Below, one piece after another: positions 45,095 to 53,628 of a stretch of 64,000 nucleotides of DNA. Position 1 is the first letter of the stretch; the number at the start of each line of letters is the position of its first letter. The DNA is from Escherichia phage vB_EcoM_Lh1B. Both the position numbers and the translations under genes were made by a program. Location of the stretch: the sequence record OK428535.1; one strand, 5' to 3'. The notes under the pieces were generated by a model. It ran no database searches. It was given only the letters and a program-made list of their open reading frames with translations, and was not told where the DNA came from.

Positions 45095-45982
45095 TTAAAT
45101 ATAATCAATGGCGAATAAAGGATCTTCGTCTACGTTAGCGCCAGGCACCAGTAACATCGGGTCGTGATAGGCAGCTAAAATTTTGTTCAGGTCGGCGTGT
45201 CTTTCGTTCAGACGTTTCAAATCGGCCAACGTTACCGAACGACCACGAATCTCAGAAACAGCTTCTGCTTCTTCTTTCGTTAAATCCACCTTCGTTAAGA
45301 GGAAACTTACCAGCTTACTCAAATCCGCTTCTGTCGCCGGGTAATCCCCATATCGGGTTTGAACCAGGTGTTGCATCCACGGCTTACGAATACGTTTGGT
45401 GATTTCAAAATCGTCAGTCAGCGCATACCAGACAGAACGCTTTTTATCCCACACGAACTTATAGCTATACGCCATCATGTCCGCTAAACGGGTGATGCCG
45501 AGTTCTTTATACCCCTCGATATCGATGTATGGTTCGGTGTCGAAATACGTTTCCGTATCGGCAGGTACCAGTACAAAGTAGTAAGGGAACGAGCCCAGAT
45601 AGTCCGGACTCCACCAACGGCGCGCCATCGGTTTTGCTTCAAGTTCGTCAAACGGTGTAAACATCAGTTCTAAATCGACGCTGTTGTTCAAAATCCCTTC
45701 GCTGAAGAAATACTTACCGTCGACTAACACGCCACGAGAGTTACCATCGCCGTTAAAGATAACGATGGCCTCTGCAACCATATCACGGATCTTAAACGTA
45801 TTTTCTACGGTGTAGTTCTTCTTGTCGGTCAAGAAGCGACCACGAACCTTTGGCCACTCACCAGGAATCTGTGCAATCAGTCTGACTTTGTCAGCAAGGT
45901 GCGCACGCACTGAATCTGGGGAAGATAGATGCAGCGGGTGGTTGAATGTGGTTTTATACGCAAGATGCAAATCGTTTTTCAT
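45095..45982 (-). CDS. Hypothetical protein between the Cys-rich peptides and the rSAM genes
   Basis: 295-aa ORF with GGAG Shine-Dalgarno; no motif assigned. Confidence 0.65.
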   Translation of the reverse strand: MKNDLHLAYKTTFNHPLHLSSPDSVRAHLADKVRLIAQIPGEWPKVRGRFLTDKKNYTVENTFKIRDMVAEAIVIFNGDGNSRGVLVDGKYFFSEGILNNSVDLELMFTPFDELEAKPMARRWWSPDYLGSFPYYFVLVPADTETYFDTEPYIDIEGYKELGITRLADMMAYSYKFVWDKKRSVWYALTDDFEITKRIRKPWMQHLVQTRYGDYPATEADLSKLVSFLLTKVDLTKEEAEAVSEIRGRSVTLADLKRLNERHADLNKILAAYHDPMLLVPGANVDEDPLFAIDYI

Positions 45983-46004
45983 TTAATACTCCGAACGTTT
46001 TCTG

Positions 46005-46211
46005 TTATCGATTCCCCGCTCCACGGCTACAGCTTCCGCTGCAGGACCAGCTACACCCACCATTACAGTTATAGTGAGAAAGCGGTAAGCCAGCCAGGTT
46101 ATTTGTGGTCGACACGGTGCCCTGGTTAGCGATATAGTTGTTTGCCTGTGCGGTTGTAATGTAACCTTCTACCGTAACGAGACGGTTTCGAATAGTCTTG
46201 AGACTGATCAT
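46005..46211 (-). CDS. Cys-rich leader/core peptide P3 (68 aa); candidate rSAM substrate
   Basis: MISLKTIRNRL leader related to P1/P2, then SHYNCNGGCSWSCSGSCS core; GGAGG Shine-Dalgarno. Confidence 0.7.
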   Translation of the reverse strand: MISLKTIRNRLVTVEGYITTAQANNYIANQGTVSTTNNLAGLPLSHYNCNGGCSWSCSGSCSRGAGNR

Positions 46212-46226
46212 ATAAGCCTCCGTCAG

Positions 46227-46631
46227 TTAGGAGTTAGGACCTGAACAACCACCAGAACACGCGCCGGAGCAGTTTGCGGAACAGGATTTGCCACAGCCGC
46301 CAGAGCAGTTACCAGTACACGTTCCGCTACAACCACCAGAACATGAAGAGCTGCAACCCGTACAGCTGCTGCTACAGCCCGATACACAGTTTGCGGAACA
46401 AGTCGACCCACAACCACCCGTAGCAGACCCAGTACACCCGCCAGAACAACTCGAGCAACTAAAAGAGCATGTGCCACCACAGTCATAGTGCGAACGGCCT
46501 TGACCTGCGAACAAGTCGGCGTTATTCGTAGCTTTATTGCGAATGTAGTTTTGCACATTCGTGGTGTTCTTTAAAGCGTTTGCATCGATCGTGTTTAATC
46601 GGTTATTCAGTTCTTTTAATCCAATTGCCAT
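46227..46631 (-). CDS. Cys-rich leader/core peptide P2 (134 aa); candidate rSAM substrate
   Basis: MAIGLKELNNRL leader, then about 80 aa of C-(G/S/T)3-C repeats starting HYDCGGTCSFSCSSCSGGC; AAGGGGGA Shine-Dalgarno. Confidence 0.75.
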   Translation of the reverse strand: MAIGLKELNNRLNTIDANALKNTTNVQNYIRNKATNNADLFAGQGRSHYDCGGTCSFSCSSCSGGCTGSATGGCGSTCSANCVSGCSSSCTGCSSSCSGGCSGTCTGNCSGGCGKSCSANCSGACSGGCSGPNS

Positions 46632-46641
46632 TTAATCCCCC

Positions 46642-47034
46642 TTAGCGACCTGAACAGCCGCCGGNGCAGGCCCCGGNGCAGTTTGCGGAANAGNAGCCNC
46701 CNCAACCNNCTGAAAAGTTACCGGTACAGCTACTACTGCAACCACCAGAACAACCAGAGCAACCAGAACAGTTACCGCCACACGTCGAAGAACAGCTACC
46801 GATACAAGAAGCAGAACAGCTTCCTGAACAGCTCGAACAGCCATGCGAGCAACCGTTAGAGCANGTCCAAGAACATGTCCCGCCGCAATCTAGCTGTGCT
46901 TTCGTCCAACCCCCAAATCGGTCTGCTGCATTATGGGCTTTAGAGGCCACTTGCGCCTCGATGCGGGGGCCTGTCGCCATGTTAGCTTCGACNATCTGGA
47001 CGCGGTTTCTGACGTCTTTAATAGATATCGCCAT
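46642..47034 (-). CDS. Cys-rich leader/core peptide P1 (130 aa); candidate rSAM substrate
   Basis: MAISIKDVRNRV leader, then QLDCGGTCSW.CSNGCSHGCSSCSGSC... repeats; AAGGAAG Shine-Dalgarno; Ns near the 3' end. Confidence 0.75.
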   Translation of the reverse strand: MAISIKDVRNRVQXVEANMATGPRIEAQVASKAHNAADRFGGWTKAQLDCGGTCSWXCSNGCSHGCSSCSGSCSASCIGSCSSTCGGNCSGCSGCSGGCSSSCTGNFSXGXXGXXSANCXGACXGGCSGR

Positions 47035-47045
47035 TACGCTTCCTT

Positions 47046-47091
47046 AAAAAGTAGAACGAGCGGACTATGTCCATAAACATAGTCCGGCTCG
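47046..47091 (-). terminator. Intra-operon hairpin, possible attenuator between the fibre gene and the Cys-rich peptide genes
   Basis: cgagcggactatg...catagtccggctcg stem with a T-rich tail on the minus strand, immediately before the P1 RBS. Confidence 0.45.
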
Positions 47092-47099
47092 TAAACAAG

Positions 47100-48302
47100 T
47101 TACTTAGTACCCGCTTCAGCTTGAACATCGTCGCGCGAGGTGAGGCTGTTGTTGACGTGAACAGCAGCCTGCACAACACCTCCATACTGTTTATGGAGGT
47201 AATTCGGGTGTGGGTTATCCGCAGCCGCATGGTTCGCCAGATTCTGGTTTGCCTGCGAAATTGCGTTGGTGTTGTTTATAACCTGAGTTTTAAGACTGTT
47301 GATTTGTCCTTGCAGGTTATCAATTTGCTGTTGGAAGTCTTTGCCCTGATTCTCAAGATCCGTGACGCGCTGATTTGTTTCATTCAGTGCAGACTGAAGA
47401 TCGTTAACCATCTTCTGTAATTGCAACACCAGAGAATTAAGGTTAGCTAATGCTAACGACATTTTCTGGTAATTTTGAGCAACCACGTTAAGCTGGTCGT
47501 TCCACGCGGCTAACGAAGCCACAATTGCATCGATGCGTTGCCCCAACGCCGTGTCTGCTNCTCTTAAGTCGCCGATATCGTTGATAGTGGCGTCAATGGC
47601 AGTCTGTACACTTTGAATCAGGGCACGAATCTCCGTCTCCGTCAGGCCATTAACCTGATGAATGTCGAGATTGTGTACGTTACCTTCGGCGTTGATGTGT
47701 GTATTTAAGGCGTCGAGGAAGTCGTTTCTCAGACCGTCCAGAATACCTTTAATTTCTTCCAGCTGTACTGCAGAGCCGGAGTTAATCGCATCTTTAATCC
47801 CCGCGAGTACGGTAATGATATACTCAAAACCGTAGATATCGCCAAGGTCTTTATACGTCGGGGCGGACGGGAACGTATCGGGTACGTTTCGAAGATCCTT
47901 GAAGTCCACCACACGGTCTTCAATTTTCAGCGACGCAATCGCTTGTCGGATGCCTTCGACGTTCGCGGACTGAAAACCACCAACGACTTGCGCAGAGACT
48001 TCGATATCAGTAGGAATGGCCGAGTTAGTTACCACCACACCCATGACCACTTCGCGGTTCTTGGTCATTTTCTGATATGCAGTATGTGCAAAAATCAGTT
48101 CGTAGTCTGTGCCGCGTTTGTACGGGTAGACACCTGGTTTATTCGCAGCTGCCAAGCGGAAGGTATCCGCGTAGAAAGCTCCGTCAGGAAAAGCAAAAGC
48201 CCGGTTAACTTTACCAGAACCTAACGTAATACGCCGTGTAACGGCGTTCGACGTTAATGTCCCGGTAAGGTCGAGCGGGTACTGATGAATGATTTCGGCC
48301 AT
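47100..48302 (-). CDS. Tail fibre-like protein with gp17-like N-terminal motif and central coiled coil
   Basis: ATG at 48302 (MAEIIHQ) follows AAGGAG; track start 48338 lacks an RBS. N-terminus RAFAFPDGAFYADTFRL...KRGTDYELIF fits the T7 gp17 anchor pattern; heptad-like LANLNSLVLQLQKMVNDLQSALNETNQRVTDLENQ. Confidence 0.7.
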   Translation of the reverse strand: MAEIIHQYPLDLTGTLTSNAVTRRITLGSGKVNRAFAFPDGAFYADTFRLAAANKPGVYPYKRGTDYELIFAHTAYQKMTKNREVVMGVVVTNSAIPTDIEVSAQVVGGFQSANVEGIRQAIASLKIEDRVVDFKDLRNVPDTFPSAPTYKDLGDIYGFEYIITVLAGIKDAINSGSAVQLEEIKGILDGLRNDFLDALNTHINAEGNVHNLDIHQVNGLTETEIRALIQSVQTAIDATINDIGDLRXADTALGQRIDAIVASLAAWNDQLNVVAQNYQKMSLALANLNSLVLQLQKMVNDLQSALNETNQRVTDLENQGKDFQQQIDNLQGQINSLKTQVINNTNAISQANQNLANHAAADNPHPNYLHKQYGGVVQAAVHVNNSLTSRDDVQAEAGTK

Positions 48303-48349
48303 TGCCAAACTCCTTTGATTGGGGCTTCCTTGCCCCATAGCGCTATCTG

Positions 48350-51300
48350 TTAGGTACGGAACATAAGATTGACCTGGATAATATCAGGCTGTTGACGTCC
48401 TCTCTCGTTCACCCAATCGTGTGCAATCGTTAACGTAAGATCATCGCCTTCCCACGACACGATCGGTGGTGGGAATAAACCCTGAGCGCCCGTGGTAACA
48501 ACCGGGATTGCACCTGCCACATTCGTAAACGTATAGCTACGACTGTTCAGAACAACCGGTGTGCCGTGGGTCTCTCCCGGCTGTGGTAAGATTTGAATCT
48601 TACTATCCGAAAGATCGGTGGTGATTGGTAGACCCCCAGCGTCCGTGAAAAGCCAAGAGCAAATATNCTGGTTNGCTGTTTCGAGCGCTGAAGAACTCTT
48701 CACAGCCGCGAAAGTAAAGGTGCACGGCACGCCTGCTGGCAGAGAGTGCTGTTTGTGGTGCACGGTATGTGGTGACGGCAATAACACTTCTGGATTTTCG
48801 TCAATGTTAACATCCGTACCTTCCGCCTCGACGTTGTAGAAAAAGCCATCCACCGCCTCCCATGGGGCAACGTGGACATTAAAGGTCGTTTCTACTCCCG
48901 GTGTACCTGGGACGACGAATTTACTTTGCACCACCACCATCATAGTTCTTGAGGTCGGTGAGAAAGCGGGCGTTGGAATACCTACCCACTCCATTCCCAA
49001 CGATGCCGCTTCACCGTTCTCATCAGCCGTTACCGTCGCGATTGTTGTAGGATGTTTCCAAAACGCCCCCGACTTGTTTGCCTGAGTAAACGCCGGCAAA
49101 GTTTTCAAGCCTTCGAAACGTTTGGACACCATCGCTTTACCGCGACGCTGTGCGTCAGATACGGTATAAAGCAACTGACTATCCAGATAGCCTTTCGTAG
49201 CATCGATCGACAAAGGACCCATCGCTTCTTTACGCAATGGTGCCAGTCTGCCCGTTGCTGCATCCCTTCCCACTTCCACATCATGCTTATTCTCAACCGC
49301 CGCATGTTCCAACAGTTGTTTCACCGCCCCCAATCGCTTAGCATGTTCGACGTTAGTCTCGACGACTCGTGACGAGCCCGTTTTAACATACCCGATATAG
49401 AGTTCCGTTTCAGTGTCTGGATGTTGAATCACGTCCATTACGTACTTCGGTGTACCATTTTCTACCTTGGCGTGCAGGTAGAATGTCCGGTTCTGATGGT
49501 TTGTTGGAAATGCTGCGCTGAGGTCAATATACCACGTAGGCAGCTTATAAGTGCTCGAGCCGAAACGCAGGTCAACTTCCTCAGTCACATATACCAGCCA
49601 ACCTTCGGCTGTTTCCACNCCAGCAATGACGACCGATTCAGTCGGGCCACTAAAATTAGGAGCCGCGACAAAATCACTCGACGACATTGCGATACCACCA
49701 CAATAGACGTAGTCGAGAGATGAGTTGTGTAGCATCACCTGATCACGATGAGCCAGATAAGCTGGGCTGACTGGAGTGTGTGATGGTGCCATGCGTCCAA
49801 TGCCGTGTGGAGCAGAAGAACGCGTCCAGGTACCATTAGACAGCGTAAGACCAACACCGTAGTTAAGCGCACCCAAGTCGCCAATTTGGCGCAAGGTTAA
49901 CGTGTGTGGAAGATACAACCCGAACTGCGTACCATCTACTGACACCAGTGTAGGTTGTCCCGGCCGGCGTGTTTTTCCTCCCGTTATCTCACCCAACGTA
50001 GCATAGTTCAAGCCATAGTCGAGGTTGTTATAGAAGTCAAACAATGCCAATATCGCTGCCGGGAATGTTACCTGCCCGTTACTGATTGTTGGTTTCAGTG
50101 TAAAGTAGTAGATATCCAACAAGTTAACATTGTTCACAGTACGCGTACATGCTACTTGTGCTAACGTGAGCGGTGTGGCCGTACCAATGCCGATGAACCA
50201 AATGGAGAACAGTGCCTTTCCGGCGTTATTTGCGGCAAGGATAAATTCCGAAGCATAACCATTCGCAGCGCCAGCCGGTGCGCCGTCGATAATCATCTGC
50301 TTCATCTTATCCCATTCGGCTTGTGACAGCGTCAACCGATCGGCATGAATCGTGAAAGTGCCAGAAACGTTGTGGTAAGGGAATGTTTCTGGTCCTGTGC
50401 AATACCAGCCGTTTAACTCTGTACCAGGCGACGCCGGTGTAACAATGTGGCACATCTGCGACAGATTCTCGTACGTGGTAGAATCTACTACACGACGATT
50501 GTTAGTTGGTCCATACCCCGCTTTACCTGAATAAGTGGTGTTCGGATCAAACTCAACTTCAATTGCCAAACGGGTACGCGGCTGTGACAACCAGATAAGT
50601 CTGGAATTCGCTCCCAGAGTCAGCGGATACGCCATGCCCAGCTCGTAGATAGAACCACGACCTTGGTTTAACATTACCGCACTAAAACTTCTGGCAGTGA
50701 AGTTGTAGTCGCACGACAGGTACTCGTACCAACTCACACCGTCATCTAACGTTGTAATCGTGACATAAGGCATTAGGTCGCGATCGCCTGCATGTCCTTG
50801 CGAAACGATATACTTGTCTTGCGATGTTGCAAAGGTTCGGTTATTAGCTTGACCTTCGCCCCATTTCCGGCTCGGAATCCCAATCTCAGCGCCACCGTTA
50901 TAACGAACCGTGGTAAGATCGGCCACAATAGGGAATCGATCAGCACCTTCCAGCGTTATCGTCATTGAACTACAATCAACAACAAAGCTTGACACCCATT
51001 GTTTAAAGTTAATAGTTTGCCCTGTAGTAGAAGCAAACCAAACCGTTGGAGTTAAACCAACACGAAAGTTCAGCCCATCCACACCAATCGCGTGATTACA
51101 TTCCGGACCATGGACAAATTTCGTCGCACTATTCCACTTCGCCGATGCGTCTGCGTAGATTTGTGTTACTGGCGCTACCAACACATCTGTATCAGAACGN
51201 TTCTGACCCTGACGCAAGTAGATATTATCTCCCGACGTTAACATCCCACCTGTTAACACATCCGCCACAAACGTGTTGCTACCACCCAGATTAAGTTCGT

Positions 51301-53533
51301 CGAGTGCGATGCTACGCATACTCACGAAATAGTCACCGGAGGTAAGCACAGTACGGAGCAGATAAACCCGCTCGTTGCAAACGATCAAATCGTTTGTTGA
51401 TGGATCAACAACCCATGGAGCGGTTGTAACTGACACCGGCCCGTTACCATTTCGGTAATCGCCCAACTGAACTTTAACAACACGATGATGTTTTGCATGG
51501 TCAATGGTGCCGTCAAAGATGACCAGGTAGTACGCACCGTCACTGCCTAAGCAGATCATTGCATCTGTACCGGTAATCACAATAGCAACCAGATTCACCC
51601 CAGGATACGCCGACATTCCAGCGGGTCGATAACGTACGGACGTCTGCTGCATATTTTCCAGCGTATTGCTTGGCGACACATCAGCATAGGCGTAATAGAT
51701 AGCCCAGTCACCTGGTGGATTCCCGTTAGAACCATTACGGAGCGAGTAAACCTTACCAGACTCGTAACGCGCCAAACCTTTCTGCCAGGTTTGGTTTTTG
51801 GTATACCCTTCGTAGTTCCCCTGGACAGGTATAGGCAAGAAGTTATTGTTGCCGTACGATGATCCGCCGACAGTCCATGCGGGCAACAGCGTAGCAATCT
51901 TGTCATTCAGTGTGTCAATCTTTTGTTCAAGCAAGAAGCCCTGACGCGAAGTGACCATCTTATCCGAGGTAGTGTCGATTGCATCCCACAGTTTAGCCAA
52001 ACCTGTAACAGACGTGGATGCGTACGGCACGTTATCGAGATCTGCAATGGTGTGGGTGTGCGTTGTAAGCGCTTTGCCTGATAGCACGGTGCGCAACGCA
52101 TTAGTAACCGGTTTCTCCAGCGGCCCGGTATTGTTCATCTTCTCAATACCGAAATCTGCCGCGGTTAAGGTCAGATGCATCTGCCCGTTTGAATCTAATA
52201 CAAACCCTTTACCATTGACTGTATACGTGTCGTCCACATATCCGTCGAGTTTGTTCTTCAAGTCAGTAACAGCTTTTTGGGAAATCGCTGTGGANGCCGC
52301 AGCGGACGCCGAAAGGTTAGTAATCGCAAACAAACCCTGCACAGTTGTGGTTGCTGCAGGCAGCTCCGCATTCATGTAAACTTTGTTTGTTTCTTTACCA
52401 GAGCCGTAAATCTTCAACGTGTCGCTGGACTTGAAGTAGGCGTTTGCTGGAAGTATCTTCACCGAGGTCAAGTACATCTTAACCATATCCGGTGTAACGA
52501 GATACACGCTGTTATACACAGGTGCAAGCACACCTGCATCATAAGCGCCCCACTTGTCACCTGCTTTACCCGAGTGAACCCAAAGCGTGTTCAGACCAGC
52601 ACTGAACTCCGTAGCGATACCCGGTTCGTTGTTATCCCGGTCAGCTTTTAATACCAGCGGTTTTGTCGAGGTGATAATGAACTTCTCACCCTTCATGCTG
52701 ATAACGTGACCAGACGTTGTTTGGAACGTAATCGCGTCGTTATTCAGAACACGCATACGGCCCAGTAAATCGCCCAGGGTATTATCCAGAAGCATGTCAA
52801 CGTGTTTCTGTTGGATGCCACTGGTAGACATTAACGTCACTAACTCTGCCAGTGTACGTCCAAACGCTTTAGTCGCATCCACGGCCTTACCGAGCACAGG
52901 GAGTGCGCCAATGTCACCGCAGGTGTAACCATGTGCATTTTTAATCAGGTGGTGTTGATACATTTCGTCATCAAACACCTGTTTACCGTTCTGATAAATC
53001 AAATCGGTAACTTCGGCAAATGCCTCATCCAGTTCGTGGGCGCGCTCTAAAATACCCAGACGGATATCTTCCAACGCCTTTACGATTTCATCGCGAAGAA
53101 TCGCTTCTTCGAGATCTTTTGGCGGGTCGATTGGCGAGATAATCGGTGGATATTTCATCAGCTCAGACCAATCGCAGTTGCGCGGGTCTTTCATATCCGT
53201 CTTAACCAGATACTTGCCGATTTCAGAAGCAGGGATGCGGTACTGTCGACCAACCGACAACAACTCGTATTCTACCTCTGTGGCGTTCAGCAGCATTATG
53301 CTGCCGTATATTGCATCGTTCTCAGCCTCGGCTAATTCCTGGAAGTAATGTCCTAAGAAATAATCAAGACCTTCTATTAACTTGCGTTTGGTTCCGGTTA
53401 TTTTATCGGTAACGGTTAACGTTAACCCGATGCGATAGAACGGTGCTTCGACGGGAATGACCGTCGAATAACGGTTCGGGTAAGTAGCGGTACTGAGGGT
53501 ACCGTTAAACTGCGCCGCATCTTCTCTCGGCAT
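48350..53533 (-). CDS. Giant tail fibre/spike-like protein (about 1727-1742 aa) with gp17-like N-terminal motif
   Basis: N-terminus VIPVEAPFYRIGLTLTV...KLIEGLDYFLGHYF. ATG at 53533 has GGAG upstream; the track's TTG start is 53578. Confidence 0.75.
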   Translation of the reverse strand: MPREDAAQFNGTLSTATYPNRYSTVIPVEAPFYRIGLTLTVTDKITGTKRKLIEGLDYFLGHYFQELAEAENDAIYGSIMLLNATEVEYELLSVGRQYRIPASEIGKYLVKTDMKDPRNCDWSELMKYPPIISPIDPPKDLEEAILRDEIVKALEDIRLGILERAHELDEAFAEVTDLIYQNGKQVFDDEMYQHHLIKNAHGYTCGDIGALPVLGKAVDATKAFGRTLAELVTLMSTSGIQQKHVDMLLDNTLGDLLGRMRVLNNDAITFQTTSGHVISMKGEKFIITSTKPLVLKADRDNNEPGIATEFSAGLNTLWVHSGKAGDKWGAYDAGVLAPVYNSVYLVTPDMVKMYLTSVKILPANAYFKSSDTLKIYGSGKETNKVYMNAELPAATTTVQGLFAITNLSASAAXSTAISQKAVTDLKNKLDGYVDDTYTVNGKGFVLDSNGQMHLTLTAADFGIEKMNNTGPLEKPVTNALRTVLSGKALTTHTHTIADLDNVPYASTSVTGLAKLWDAIDTTSDKMVTSRQGFLLEQKIDTLNDKIATLLPAWTVGGSSYGNNNFLPIPVQGNYEGYTKNQTWQKGLARYESGKVYSLRNGSNGNPPGDWAIYYAYADVSPSNTLENMQQTSVRYRPAGMSAYPGVNLVAIVITGTDAMICLGSDGAYYLVIFDGTIDHAKHHRVVKVQLGDYRNGNGPVSVTTAPWVVDPSTNDLIVCNERVYLLRTVLTSGDYFVSMRSIALDELNLGGSNTFVADVLTGGMLTSGDNIYLRQGQXRSDTDVLVAPVTQIYADASAKWNSATKFVHGPECNHAIGVDGLNFRVGLTPTVWFASTTGQTINFKQWVSSFVVDCSSMTITLEGADRFPIVADLTTVRYNGGAEIGIPSRKWGEGQANNRTFATSQDKYIVSQGHAGDRDLMPYVTITTLDDGVSWYEYLSCDYNFTARSFSAVMLNQGRGSIYELGMAYPLTLGANSRLIWLSQPRTRLAIEVEFDPNTTYSGKAGYGPTNNRRVVDSTTYENLSQMCHIVTPASPGTELNGWYCTGPETFPYHNVSGTFTIHADRLTLSQAEWDKMKQMIIDGAPAGAANGYASEFILAANNAGKALFSIWFIGIGTATPLTLAQVACTRTVNNVNLLDIYYFTLKPTISNGQVTFPAAILALFDFYNNLDYGLNYATLGEITGGKTRRPGQPTLVSVDGTQFGLYLPHTLTLRQIGDLGALNYGVGLTLSNGTWTRSSAPHGIGRMAPSHTPVSPAYLAHRDQVMLHNSSLDYVYCGGIAMSSSDFVAAPNFSGPTESVVIAXVETAEGWLVYVTEEVDLRFGSSTYKLPTWYIDLSAAFPTNHQNRTFYLHAKVENGTPKYVMDVIQHPDTETELYIGYVKTGSSRVVETNVEHAKRLGAVKQLLEHAAVENKHDVEVGRDAATGRLAPLRKEAMGPLSIDATKGYLDSQLLYTVSDAQRRGKAMVSKRFEGLKTLPAFTQANKSGAFWKHPTTIATVTADENGEAASLGMEWVGIPTPAFSPTSRTMMVVVQSKFVVPGTPGVETTFNVHVAPWEAVDGFFYNVEAEGTDVNIDENPEVLLPSPHTVHHKQHSLPAGVPCTFTFAAVKSSSALETXNQXICSWLFTDAGGLPITTDLSDSKIQILPQPGETHGTPVVLNSRSYTFTNVAGAIPVVTTGAQGLFPPPIVSWEGDDLTLTIAHDWVNERGRQQPDIIQVNLMFRT

Positions 53534-53536
53534 TGC

Positions 53537-53575
53537 AAACACTCCTAATCTGTAATAAAACGGAGACCGCCCTCC
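53537..53575 (-). terminator. Intra-operon hairpin between two fibre genes
   Basis: accgcccttcc...gggagggcggt stem followed by ctccgttttatt on the minus strand, between the 1376-aa stop and the 1742-aa start. Confidence 0.4.
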
Positions 53576-53628
53576 CAATAACGGAAGGGCGGTTTACCTA
53601 CGGACTACCCGCCCGTAGGCAGTCCGTC

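Noticed and set aside
46223-46844. Additional ORFs in the track overlapping the Cys-rich peptide genes (46223-46558 and 46632-46844 on minus, 46288-46488 on plus), and the impression of a minisatellite or CRISPR-like periodic repeat
   Set aside because: These are alternative-frame or antisense readings of the periodic TGY/GGN/AGY codon repeat of P1/P2. Only the annotated frames have a conserved leader, a strong RBS and an ATG. There are no constant direct repeats with unique spacers, so this is not a CRISPR array.
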